DNA of 63,992 nt, filler included, from Craspedostauros australis (GCA_030167865.1; 11 parts of 11 records of this genome joined end to end with filler, not necessarily neighbours in it); one strand, 5' to 3'; shown: positions 21,801 through 33,956, counted from the first letter of the whole stretch. Made by a program: numbers and translations. Notes: generated from the sequence alone by a model not told the origin.

Positions 21801-23579
21801 ATGCCGAATGTCACAGACGAACAACTCATTGATGCTGCCGAGGCAGGTGACTTGTGGGTGTTGAAGGAATGGAAGAAGCAGAACAAGACACAGAATGAAG
21901 GAGCTGACATCAACCGCCAAGACATGTTTGGTCACACTCCCCTTCATAAGGCATGCCGCAACGGCCACCTGGAGTGTGTGAAGTACCTCATCGAATCATG
22001 TGGGGCCCACATCGACGGCAAGTTTAGTTCCTCTCCCGCATATACCCCAACCAGCCCATGCTACAACGACGGTTCCTCTCCCGCATATACCCCACGCAAC
22101 AACTTTGAATACACTCCTGATTATAGCCCACGCATCAACTACGATGACACTCCCCTTCATTTGGCATGCGCCAACGGCAAGCTGGAGTGTGTGAAGTACC
22201 TCATCGAATCAGGTGGAGCAAACGTCAACTGCCAAAACTACTATGGTTCCACTCCCCTTCATGGCGCATGCAACAATGGCCACCTGGAGTGTGTGGAGTA
22301 CCTCATCAAATCATGTGGGGCTGACGTCAACTGCAAAGGCATGTTTGGTCACACTCCCCTTCATGACGCATGCAACAATGGCCACATGGAGCGTGTGGAG
22401 TACCTCATCAAATCATGTGGGGCTGACGTCAACTGCCGAAACTACTATGGTTCCACTCCCCTTCATGGCGCATGCGACAAAGACCACCTGGAGTGTGTGG
22501 AGTACCTCATCAAATCATGTGGGGCAAACATCAACTGCCAAAACAACAATGGTGACACTCCCCTTCATTGGGCATGCCGCAACAGCAAGCTGGAGTGTGT
22601 GAAGTACCTCATCGAATCAGGTGGAGCAAACGTCAACTGCCGAAACCACTATGGTTCCACTCCCCTTCATGGCGCATGCGACAAAGACCACCTGGAGTGT
22701 GTGGAGTACCTCATCAAATCATGTGGGGCAAACATCAACTGCCAAAACAACAATGGTGACACTCCCCTTCATTGGGCATGCCGCAAGAGCAAGCTGGAGT
22801 GTGTGAAGTACCTCATCGAATCAGGTGGAGCAAACGTCAACTGCCGAAACTGCTATGGTTCCACTCCCCTTCATGGCGCATGCGACAAAGACCACCTGGA
22901 GTGTGTGGAGTACCTCATCAAATCATGTGGGGCGAACATCAACTGCAAAGACGACGATGGTGACACTCCCCTTCATGACGCATGCCGCTACGGCCAGCTG
23001 GAGTGTGTGAAGTACCTCATCGAATCAGGTGGAGCAAACGTCAACTGCCGAAACTGCTATGGTTCCACTCCCCTTCATGGCGCATGCGACAAAGACCACC
23101 TGGAGTGTGTGGAGTACCTCATCAAATCATGTGGGGCAAACATCAACTGCCAAAACAACAATGGTGACACTCCCCTTCATTGGGCATGCCGCAAGAGCAA
23201 GCTGGAGTGTGTGAAGTACCTCATCAAATCAGGTGGAGCAAACGTCAACTGCCGAAACTGCTATGGTTCCACTCCCCTTCATGGCGCATGCGACAAAGAC
23301 CACCTGGAGTNNNNNNNNNNNNNNNNNNNNNNNNNNNNNNNNNNNNNNNNNNNNNNNNNNNNNNNNNNNNNNNNNNNNNNNNNNNNNNNNNNNNNNNNNN
23401 NNCCCCTTCATGTGGCGTGCGCCAACGGCAAGCTAGAGTGTATCGAGTCCCTCATTAGAGGACTTTCGCCTTCAGCTCACCCACAACTGCAACAATGCTT
23501 ACAACAAAACGAACAAGCAAATGAACAGCCACAAGAACAGTTGAGACAGCAGTTGAAACGAAAAGAAGCAAGAGAATGA
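21801..23579 (+). CDS. Ankyrin-repeat protein with 34-aa (102-nt) near-identical units
   Basis: At least 14 TPLHxAC..LECVxYLI.S.GA.(V/I)N units, with an N gap at 23311-23402. Confidence 0.9.
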   Translation: MPNVTDEQLIDAAEAGDLWVLKEWKKQNKTQNEGADINRQDMFGHTPLHKACRNGHLECVKYLIESCGAHIDGKFSSSPAYTPTSPCYNDGSSPAYTPRNNFEYTPDYSPRINYDDTPLHLACANGKLECVKYLIESGGANVNCQNYYGSTPLHGACNNGHLECVEYLIKSCGADVNCKGMFGHTPLHDACNNGHMERVEYLIKSCGADVNCRNYYGSTPLHGACDKDHLECVEYLIKSCGANINCQNNNGDTPLHWACRNSKLECVKYLIESGGANVNCRNHYGSTPLHGACDKDHLECVEYLIKSCGANINCQNNNGDTPLHWACRKSKLECVKYLIESGGANVNCRNCYGSTPLHGACDKDHLECVEYLIKSCGANINCKDDDGDTPLHDACRYGQLECVKYLIESGGANVNCRNCYGSTPLHGACDKDHLECVEYLIKSCGANINCQNNNGDTPLHWACRKSKLECVKYLIKSGGANVNCRNCYGSTPLHGACDKDHLEXXXXXXXXXXXXXXXXXXXXXXXXXXXXXXXPLHVACANGKLECIESLIRGLSPSAHPQLQQCLQQNEQANEQPQEQLRQQLKRKEARE

Positions 23580-24078
23580 ACACAAGCACAGTAGCCACAA
23601 GAGGACCAACGTCAGCATTGGAGAAGACCGACTCAATCCTTCTAAACTGGGAACAGGACAGACACCATCTTCTTGTGTGGACAGGGCAACTAACAGCAAC
23701 NAANCAAGNCAAACNCCGAAGTCCTGATGATCACCATCCCATCCATTGAGACACTGATCGACAAAGGAATCCAACATCAATGCGTTCACGATGGCGCTCA
23801 CGATAGAACTGAACGCATCCACACAACCATTCCTCTTCCCAATCTTCAACCAAAACACGTCCGACACGTCCTCCAATGCATCTACACAGGTGAGATATCC
23901 TTTGATGACAGCCCTCGTGACAACGCCAACGCTCACCACGATACAGATGCCTCTCACCAGCCAACTCCCATCCTCACTGGGCAGGATGATCTGCAACAGC
24001 TGATCCTTGTGGCCAACAAGTTCGGCTTCTGGCGACTCAAGCTTGTTCTGGAAGCAGACAGTCCCGTGACTCTTCCAC
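23580..24078 (+). pseudogene. BTB/POZ domain, in frame with the ankyrin ORF but behind four stop codons and truncated by an insertion
   Basis: TDTIFLCG...IPLPNLQPKHVRHVLQCIYTGEI...LQQLILVANKFGFWRLKLVLE. Stops at 23577, 23592, 23643 and 23691. Confidence 0.72.
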
Positions 24079-24556
24079 TGTTGATGACGTACGTAGGACC
24101 AGTACAAAAACTTTTACGTAGAACACGTAGAAACACTACTAGCACAAAGTTGTTGACAATGGTGCGCACAGACGACCAAAACGATGTTGGCAAAGCCAAC
24201 CAGACCCCTCGAAAGCAATCGACAATGGGACGAGGACGTTCAGGAAGAGGAGGCCGTCAGGCCCGTGGTAAAGGCGCTCATGGGGGAGGCCGAGGAGGGA
24301 AGAGGCAGGCCAGAGACTCACCGACCAAAAAGTCTCCAAAAAAGGGTGCGATCCAAAACGAGAACCGTTGGATTTGGAGCCACCAGCACGAAAGAAGCTG
24401 GGGAGACATCCTCAGAGAGAGAAACTTGATGACCCGCGGAACAGAGCCGTTCACTGCAACCACCGGTGAAGATGGAGCGCTTGACGAGTCGATCGCCTTC
24501 GTGAGAGAGATGAGCGACGAGCTAGCAGACGGAGCAACCTTGGAACAATGGAAGGT
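24079..24556 (+). mobile_element. 5' end of a probable Ty3/gypsy element: short LTR candidate, tRNA primer-binding site, gag start
   Basis: TGT...ACA at 24079-24158, then TGGTGCGCACAGACG (24160-24174), complementary to a CCA-ended tRNA. ORF MVRT... has an RG-rich segment. Confidence 0.6.
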
Positions 24557-24656
24557 NNNNNNNNNNNNNNNNNNNNNNNNNNNNNNNNNNNNNNNNNNNN
24601 TTAATTAATTAANNNNNNNNNNNNNNNNNNNNNNNNNNNNNNNNNNNNNNNNNNNN

Positions 24657-27600
24657 CACGAGTGCGCAGTCCATCTTCTGCAGCATCATGATCACCATCA
24701 TCACACGGTACGTGACGTCGTGGATGACAGGCGAGTGGTGTTCTTGGTAGTCCACTCCTGCAATCTGCGAGTAGCCACACGCCACCAGACGCGCTCGATA
24801 GGTTCCATTGCGCTTTAATTTAAACACCCATTTGCACTTGCAGCATCTGCGGTCTCTCGGAATGGATGAGCGCTTGATTTTGCTGTAGACGGATCGAGCA
24901 TCCATCGAACCGAACTCCTTTGCGATGGCAGCTCTGTAGCCCTTCCGGTGTGTTGCATTCGGATGGTTGAATGCTTGGTCGAAGGTTGATGGCTCGATGT
25001 GCGTCGATGTCTCTCCTGTCTCATCTTGGGTGGTTGCGCAGATCTCTGTCTCGAAGTCGTCGGTACTTATTGCGTTGTTACCGAATAGAGCATCTGTGAC
25101 TGCGTTGGTGATGTCCGATGGAGGAGAATCGCTGTCTTCGTCGTCCGTAGCTTCGTCGTTTTCCTCATTCTCGTCGGTGGTGTCGTCATTGGTTTCGTCA
25201 TCGTTGTTGGTCTCCTCGCTGCTGTCCTGATCGTTGTTTGTGTTGCTTTCGTCGTCGTCGCTGTCGCTTCCCCTATTGAAGACGGATAGGTTGGTTGTAA
25301 ACCGCTTGCCTTCATGCTTCTCTTTCTTTCCTGGCTTGTTGTAGTTCGCAAGGTTGCGCAATTCGCTCTTTCCTTTCACGTTGGATGGCAGCGATGCACG
25401 CGACTTCGCATTCGTTTTTGCTTGATGCTTGCTTCGCTCGATGTACCGCTGTTGTCGTTCGCTGCGAGTGATATCGCGCTTACTTGGTCGTCTTGGGGGA
25501 ACAGCTGTCGTGGTGCGACTAGTTTTCGAATCGTCGTTCGCTTCGTGCGAACGCTTGCGTGATGTTGGCGGAGTGCGGAGGATGCTTGGCGGGACGTTCG
25601 GTGGGGCGACATCTTCAATGTCGGTCACTGTGTCGTCGTCGACTGGAATCGCGTCAACCTCTTCTTCGGACACGGTCCCTTCGTCCACTGGTGTGGTCGT
25701 CGTCTCGCTCGCGAGACCTGGTGAGTCCTCCTTCGCACTCGTGTTGTTGTTGGTGTCGTCATCGTCCTCATCGTCGTCATCTGAGAGGACGTGGTAGGAG
25801 TTCGCGTCGGCGAATGACACAGAGCGTCGCTTTGGCTTGGTTCGAGCTGTGTGGGACGGCGCTGTCCCTTCCCTTCCGACCAGGATGAATCCATCATCGT
25901 CAGTCTCCGTTGGGTGCTCGGCGTCGGTTGCGACAATCTGACTCCCTTCCGGTTTCCCATCGTCCGTGCTGTAGGTCCAACCCTTGAAGTGCCCGTACGA
26001 TCTGTTGAGCCACTTCACGTCTCTGGTGCAGACGATGGACTTGGTGGATGGGTGGTACATGTTGTAGACGCCGGATCCATGCTGTGGAGCATATCCAACG
26101 AACAACATCGCCTCGCCTCTGTTCTGGAGTTTCGCCGTCATGCCTCCGTAGGCCGTCTTGACGACTCCGACTTCGCCGAAGGTACGGAGTCCGCTCGCGT
26201 ACTTCGGATCCTCTCCGAAGAATAGATGGTGTGGCGANNNNNNNNNNNNNNNNGCCACAGTGATGTTGGCGACCGCGGTCGCGACGTTGGCTGCTGCAGC
26301 CCATAGACCATGTCTGTGCTCTTCGTTGAGCTGGGCGCCGTTCAGCATGGATCGCATCTTCGTGTACAAGTATGCAAACTTGCGCTCGACCCTGCCGTTC
26401 TGCTGTGGTGTGTTGGATGCCGTGTATTCGAATGTGACGTCGAATCCGGCTTCAAGCAGATAGACCTCGGATGCCTTGTTCTCTCCGCTGTTGTCGCCAC
26501 GGAAGATGATTGGCTTGCCGTCCATGTGTGCACGGATCTTCTGAAGNNNNNNNNNNNNNNNNNNNNNNNNNNNNNNNNNNNNNNNNNNNNNNNNNNGTAC
26601 AAGTATGCAAACTTGCGCTCGACCCTGCCGTTCTGCTGTGGTGTGTTGGATGCCGTGTATTCGAATGTGACGTCGAATCCAGCTTCGAGCAGATGGACCT
26701 CGGATGCCTTGTTCTCTCCGCTGTTGTCTCCACGGAAGATGATTGGCTTGCCGTCCGTGTGTGCACGGATCTTCTGAAGGAATCGCTTCAGGAAGGCNGG
26801 TTGGTCACNCTTGTTGGTGAGGAAGATGCTCCAGCAGTAATCTGTGTGGTCGTCTACGATCAACACCCAGTACCGCTTGTTTCCGAAGCTCGTGTGCTTN
26901 GTGTAGCTGATGTCGATGAAGAATCGCTCACATCGTCGCGATGCTCTCGCGATGGTCGCCTTCGGGACGTTCTTCACTCGTGCGTTGGCGATGGCACAGT
27001 GCTTGCATGGCGGCATGGTGCCAATGATGCTCCATCCGTGGTGCGATGCGGTCCGTTGCATTGCCTCCAGTGGGGCGTGTCCCAACATGCGATGGAGTGT
27101 GGATGCGTTGATGCCTTTCGGTGGATCCGATGTGACGGCCGCAGCCGTGATGTCTGTGCGTGGCTTGACTGCATGCATCTGCACGCCAGTCACAAAGCCA
27201 TTTCGCGTGCGGAACACTCGATCGAACACGATCTTGTTCCCGTTACCGTTTGCGATGTCCATGATGATACCGTTGTTTCCGATCTGGTACCCATTCTCCA
27301 GCGCCTTGTTCGTTGAGAACAGATTCACCCACATCTTGGGTGCGAACTTNACGTCGTTCAGTCTGATGGTGCGCTGTGTGTTGTCGCGTTGCTTCACTCG
27401 GAGATAGATGGACCCCATCTTTGGTGAGTTGAGTTGCGTGTTGTCACCGACCTTCACAAAGGATTGGATGTGGCGGATGTTGAACATCCCCTTATCCGAA
27501 TTCACAATGTGGCATGAGGCTCCACTGTCGGCGAGCCATGTGTGTTGATCGGGTGTGTCGGTGTGGTGGTTGGATGCACGAAAGCGTGTGCGATCCACAA

Positions 27601-30159
27601 CCATGATTGCCAACTCGTCGTCATAGGAGGAGTCGTCGTCGTCGGATGACTCATCCGTGCTGGAATCGTCCCAGTTGATTGGAGGGCGCATTGGTTCTGC
27701 TTGCTGTGGCGGCTCCGGTCTTGCCTGTCGCGGTGGCTCAGGTCGCCTCTCCTGTGGTCGNNNNNNNNNNNNNNNNNNNNNNNNNNNNNNNNNNNNNNNN
27801 NNNNNNNNNNGCGATCCACGACCATGATTGCCAACTCGTCGTCGTAGGAGGAATCGTCGTCGTCGGATGACTCACCCGTGCTGGAATCGTCCCAGTTGAT
27901 TGGAGGGCGCATTGGTTCTACTTGCTGTGGCGGCTCCGGTCTTGCTTGTCGCGGTGGCTCAGGTCGCCTCTCCTGTGGTCGGTGGTGAAGGAGTGCCGCC
28001 ATGCATCCTCCGAGGATGAAGTGCCGCTCCATGATGCTCAGTGGTGGTTGGCCGTGACGCTCAAGGATCCTGTTGAGAATCATGCTGTTTGCCAGGATCT
28101 CTTCGATTGACAGCAGCTCTGCCATGATGAACATTCCTGACACTCGCCCGACGAATGCCATCTGGATGCGTCGATTGTTGGGGAACAGGTTGCGGGCCCC
28201 ACAGAAAATGGCGTTGCTGATGATTTCGCGTTGTCTGATCTCGGCCGTGAATGTGGGGTACGGCACAGTGTCGTGCCTGCCGTGCGCTCCTTGTTGGTTG
28301 AAGAAGTCCGTGGGCCCAAAGCGTAGGCCGGTTGGGAAGATCACGTCTTCGTGGTGGTTCATGACTCGTTGACCCTCTGGTCTGGGAGGACGGAATCTGT
28401 TCCGGACGTAGAGTGGACGAGTTGCGTCGCTGTCGTCATCTCCGTCATCTTGAGCGATCTCTTCTTCGGCGGAGCCAGCGGCTGACGCCTCTTCGAAGAG
28501 ATTGTCGTCCAGGAGCATGTCTTGCTCAATCGGGGGCTCCCCGGCTTCCTCCATAGCGAGGATATCGATATCCTCCTCGGGGTCTTCTTCTCGGTTGCCG
28601 TTGCTTGGCAAATCGTGTGTGTTGAGGCAGTAATCGAAATCGAGATCAAAACGAGGCTCGTTGTCGAGCGTCACCTCGTGGATGATTGGTCCGTCGTTGA
28701 GCCATTCTGGGATGCTCGTGTCGTCGTGGACCTTGTCTATTCCTGGACGGTGTTGGAAGGTATCAAAGAATGAATCATCGACGACGTAGGCGGTGTGAGT
28801 GTTCGTGGGTGTGTCGAGCATGGTCATCACCATCTCGAATCTGTCGTCGGTGCCGTCCTGTGCCGTGCTTCCTTGCTCTTCCTGCTTTCTCTTTTCGTTG
28901 AACTTTTTCTTCCTGCAGTCTGCCTCTCGATGTCCTGGGATGCCACAGTAATGGCACTTCCCGCTGAAACCGTTGCCTCGACCTCTTCCTCTGTTGCCGC
29001 GGTTGCCTTGATTGTCGCGCTGATCTCCTCTTCTGTTGCCTCTGTTGTTGTAGCCTCCTCGTCGGCCGTTGTTGGATTGATGGTTGTTGTTGTTGTCGGC
29101 CGCTTGCTTTCTGTCTGGACAATTTGCAGACCGATGGCCGTACTTTCCGCAGTTGTGGCAGTTGCCTTTGAATCCGCCTGTCGCAGCCATCGCCGCGTCG
29201 TCGCGCTTGCTGCCCGTGTCTGCGAAGTCGTCCACGTACGCCTTTCCGCCTTGGAGCTTGGAGTATCTGTAGTTCAGCACATTTCGGATGGCCTCGATCG
29301 TCACCTTCTCTGGACCCATCTGCAGTTGGTATTCGAAGTTGCTCACTTCGTCATCGTAGTCTTTGCTGAGGCTGCTGAGCACTTGCATGATCAGCTCTCT
29401 CTCACTGATCTCGTATTTCACCTCTTGGAGGCGAGTGCGGAGCAGCTCAAGCCGTGTGACGNAGATGTCGGGATCCGTATCCCTCGCCATGCGTTCCGTG
29501 TTGAANTGGCGCTTCAGNCGCAGCACCGTGGATGCGTCGGTNGGCTGGTACTTCTCCTTCAGCATCTTCCATGCTGCTGCTGGGTTCCCCTCGGGGTGCT
29601 GCTCGTCACAGCATTGGTTGATCAGCTGGATCGCCTGCTTCCCAGTTCCTTGCTCTGCATCCATCATCAGGATCAGATCGCTGAAGCAGTCCAGCGCTAG
29701 TTCGCGCGTCTCTTCGAGGGCCTCCCTCTTCTCTTCGTCACTCTCTCTCTCGACGTCTTCTTTCGTTGGGATGGGCTTCTCTCCCATCATGATGTCCTTG
29801 AATCGCTGTGTACGCGCGTACGCCTTTGCTTGCGACTCCCACGCATTGTAGTCTTCCTTCTTTCCGCTGAAGGATGGGGCCTTGCGCCTCTTGTAGGTTT
29901 CCTTCGTCATCTTCTTTTTCGTTGTTGTCTGCTTGCTCGTGCCTCGTGTGCTGCCTGTCGATTGGCTCTCTTCTCTCTCTTCTTCTCTCTCTGACTCCTC
30001 GTTGTCGTTGGATGCGAGGGGATCGATGCCGCTGTCTCTCTCTGACGCGCTACCCCTGCCTTCTGTTTCCGTCTGCTGTACTTCTGTCTCGTACGCTTCC
30101 ACTTTGAACACTCGCTGTGATGGAGTCGATGTGGGTTGTCCTGTTGATGCCGATGTCGG
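24657..30159 (-). mobile_element. Ty1/copia (CoDi-type) retrotransposon: gag, extra domain, protease, integrase, RT start
   Basis: Two CCHC knuckles (CHNCGKYGHRSANC, CHYCGIPGHREADC), WLADSGASCH, LHRMLGH..CKHC, TPQQNGRVER, KWVFKLKRNGTYRARLVACGYSQ. Confidence 0.95.
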
Positions 30160-30259
30160 NNNNNNNNNNNNNNNNNNNNNNNNNNNNNNNNNNNNNNNNN
30201 NNNTTAATTAATTAANNNNNNNNNNNNNNNNNNNNNNNNNNNNNNNNNNNNNNNNNNNN

Positions 30260-33200
30260 TATGTGTTAAGCTTACTGTTGACAGGACGATCGAGTAAAAG
30301 GGCAGGGTTCATGCTGTCGTGCTTGAGCCGTTTGTGTTGTACAGCAACATGTCGTGGTGGTTCTGCGCATACTCAGCTGTTCAGTAGCCCCATCCGTAGA
30401 GCAGTACTTGATCCACGGGTATGGATATGCTTCAAGATGCCTGCAGGATTTGCAAGATGGTTAGCTGAACAGGTGGCGCAGTTGCATGAGCTGGAGGACG
30501 AGCAGAGCATGGATTGTGGTTCAACTATACACCATGCGNNNNNNNNNNNNNNNNNNNNNNNNNNNNNNNNNNNNNNNNNNNNNNNNNNNNNNNNNNNNNN
30601 NNNNNNGTCCCGAGTGGATCCCGGACCAAGTCTGTCCCAACTCTCCCTCTCGGCGTAGTGCGAAGCATGTCCCTGGAGTAAAAACCTCCATCGTTCGATC
30701 AACAGTTCACAATTTGTGATGCCCTCACCACCCCATAAGCATACGGCGCAGATGCTCAAACGCGTCCCGCGCGAGGCCTTTGGTGAAGATGTCGGCAATT
30801 TGGTGGGGTGTCGGCACGTGAAGGATCCGGATGAAACCCTCCTTGACCCAGTGCCAGAAGAAGTGCCACTTGGTTAGGAAATGCTTGGTTCGTGCCGTGA
30901 CCTTGTGCTTCGTTGCCAGTGAGATACACGCCTCGTTATCCTCAAACACGGTGCACTGGATGTTGGTTTGCAGCGATTGGTTGAGGCTGGTTGTTGCTTT
31001 CACTTCGTTGATGAGTTGTTGCATCGGGATGAGGGCGCGCATAGCGAGAGACAGCGCGGCGTACTCCGATTCCATTGTGGACAAGGCGATTTCTGTCTGC
31101 AGCTTCGATTTCCACACAAGTGGACAGCCACCGAGGATGATGACATACCCTGTGCGGGAGCGTACTGCGTTTGGAGAGTCGTCGGTCTCGCGCTTGTACA
31201 GGCCTGCGAAATCGGCATCAACGTAGCATTCCAGGTTGAGTTGACCCGTCGGACGCACGATGGTTCCCATGGTGTTGGTGTGGCGAAGGTAGCGCACTAT
31301 CATCTTGATTGCCTTTGCGTGTGGTTGGCGAGGGTCGTTGCTGAATCGCGCCACTTGAGAGACGGCGAAAGCCAGGTCGGGGCGTGTATTCGTAGTCAAG
31401 TAGAGTAGCATGCCAACGACGGAGCGATAGTTCCATGCCTCCTTCATTGGGGGTTGATCATTCGATGCTCCAAGGGCAAGTTGTGTTTTGGGTGTCACGT
31501 TGGGTTTGCAGTCTTGCATGCCTGTAGCGTCGATGATCTTGTTGATGAGGCCGGTTTGTTTGAGGTGGATGGTGTTGTTCTTGGGATCTCTGTGTAGCAA
31601 TATTCCCAGAAATTCCGTGAAGGTGCCTTCTTGTGTGAGATCAAATCCGCGCTTACGCATGGACTCAATGAATGCGTCTGCTTCTTCTTCCGTGCGCGAA
31701 GCAATGCCGGCATCGTCCACATAGAGGACGATCATCATCCCATCGCGCATGAACAGGCACCGTTCTTGATCACACGCGTGAAATCCTTCCGCGAGGAGAG
31801 CACGCACAAGGTGTTGGTACCATAGCTTGGGAGCTATAGTTAACCCATAGAGGCTTTTGATCAGCTTGAGGCATGTATCGGGTCCGTTGGTTGATCGGAA
31901 TCCGCGTGGAAGGTGTAGGTATACCGGACGANNNNNNNNNNNNNNNNNNNNNNNNNNNNNNNNNNNNNNNNNNNNNNNNNNGGAATCCGCGTGGAAGGTG
32001 TAGGTATACCGGACGATGGATGTCGGCTTGTACGAACGCGTTTGAGAAATCGATTGATGTCGTGATCCAGCGAAGCAAAATGGAGAGGATGAGGAAGACG
32101 CGAACAGAGGACCAGGCAACGACCGGGGCGTAAGTTGCTTCCGTTTCGGTCATCATGTCGCCTCTGCAGCACCACCGCCCCTTGTACTTCTTTACCGTGC
32201 CGTCGGGCATCCGCTTGCGCCGAAACACCCACGTGCCAGGGAAGATGCGATCAGTAGTGGTGGATTTTGGCACCTCAATCCAAGTTCCCTTTTTGGTAAG
32301 GTAATGAATTTCTTTGTGTGCGGCTGCCATCCATTCTTGTTTGTTGTCATCGTTCATCGCCTTGCTGAAGGAGAGGGTGTCGGGATCGGTCTTGGATGCT
32401 TTGTAGCTGACGTGTCGATCCGAGATGCTGAGATCGCCCCCGGTCGTGAAGAAGTTGAGCAAGTCGTACGTGATGAAGGCGCGGTGGTCGTCGATGTGGT
32501 CGTCACCATCGTGCTCAAGGGTTGCAGCCAACGCGTAGTGTTCGTCGGACTCGTCATTCTCATGTTGGCGTGGAAAGTGAGCGTTTGTCGGAGCTGAAGC
32601 ACGGTGTTCGGCCGGTTCGAATTCGCTTGGCGGAGCCATGATTGTCGGTGGTACCTCCGGCGCGACGCCGAGTTGGATGTGCAGGTGCAGTATACCGATT
32701 TCAAAACGCTCGTCGTGCGTAATGAGGTGCCAGGCGAAACCCGCTCGTCGCATGAAGTCCTGCACCCGTTCGTCTTCGTCCGGTGGTCGTAGGCCATTTT
32801 CCATGGCGGCGATGGCCCGTTCCAGGGTGTATCGCTGACCTTGCGTTCTTGGTATGAAGCTGAAGTATGAGACGGGGAGGTGGTATTCGCCTGTTTCGAG
32901 CATTTCTTCGACGGCATCGACGAATCGGCGAATGGCGTAGTAAACGCACTGGCTCCTTGCGGCTTCCGTTGGAAATCGAAATTGCACTACATGATCGAAG
33001 TATTGGCCGATGTGTCGAGTGATGTTGACATGGTGTGGCCAAAGGTGGCTGATGTCGATGGGGTGCATTGTGGTGCCTGGAAGTGGATCGTCGTCCTCCG
33101 AGGACGAGTCGGAGTGGTTGCTCATCATGAGGATGTGGTGCTCGTTGGTTGGCGTTCCTCCGCTTGCTGCCGCCTCTTCTTGTTCCTTGCGCATTCTGGC

Positions 33201-33956
33201 TCGGATTTCGAGTTGTTGGATGCGAAGCATCCTTTCCATCTCGAGGTCGCCCTGCGCCCAGCGCCGTTCTTCCCGGGTCAATTCTGTGGTGTCGATTGTC
33301 GCTAGATCTCGGAGCATGGAGTCAGTGTCGCGCACCAGAGCGTTTGTCTTCTGTGTTACTGCGCCATCTTGATGAGTAGCGTACTGCCTGAGTGTCGCAC
33401 GACAGGTTTGGAGAGCGTGCTTCATGTTTTCCATGGCTTGGTCTTTGCTGGGTTCACTCGTCGCGATGGTGGTTACGTTTGCGCTGGTTTTTGATGGTTG
33501 TGTGATGTCGTCGACCCAAACCACTTTTCCACCCAACGTGTCGTAGGTGAGGCGCTCGACGGTCCGTCGTTCTCGTGGTGTGCGCTTGTTGATGCGTTCA
33601 GAGCGGCGTAGTGGAGGCGGTTTTGCCTTTCTAATCGTCGGTTGCTCTGTCGGTGCGGTGATGGGTTTGCGCAGCGGTGAAGTCGGAGGAGAGTCGATTG
33701 GTGGTTGTACGTTGTTGTCACTGTTTTCGTTGACGACTCCCTCTGCTGGCGGCAACGGTTCAGCGTGATTTGGTGGACCTTCTCCGGCTCCCTCTGTCAG
33801 CGACATTGTTGGCGTCGGCTTATTGATATCGATGGTTGTTGGCGAGCGGCTAATTTACTGAGGTGGTTGCACTTGGTCGATTGGGGTGGCATCGATTTTC
33901 GTGTGTGATGTCACGGGTTGCCTCAAAATGTGAGTTGGTGAATTTTGTTCACTTAC
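30260..33956 (-). mobile_element. Ty1/copia (CoDi-type) 3' half: long IN-RT linker, RT, RNase H, PPT and probable LTR
   Basis: GTWVFRRKRMPDG..YKGRWCCRGD, LYVDD, CYVDADFAG, VFEDNEAC, QIADIFTK, stop at 30725. Purine tract GAGAGGGAGAG near 30641-30651. Confidence 0.93.

Noticed and set aside
22145..23310. CRISPR-like array
   Set aside because: The units are in-frame ankyrin codons with no unique spacers, there are no cas genes, and the context is eukaryotic.
23577..23693. TAA/TAG reassigned to Gln
   Set aside because: Intact neighbouring genes end at TAA/TAG and contain none internally.
26340..26780. Direct duplications flanking 50-N gaps (also near 27600-27980, 31897-32016, 38930-39330, 60210-60580, 63266-63407)
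   Set aside because: Near-identical sequence on both sides of a gap indicates unmerged contig overlaps; the apparent frameshifts there are artefacts.
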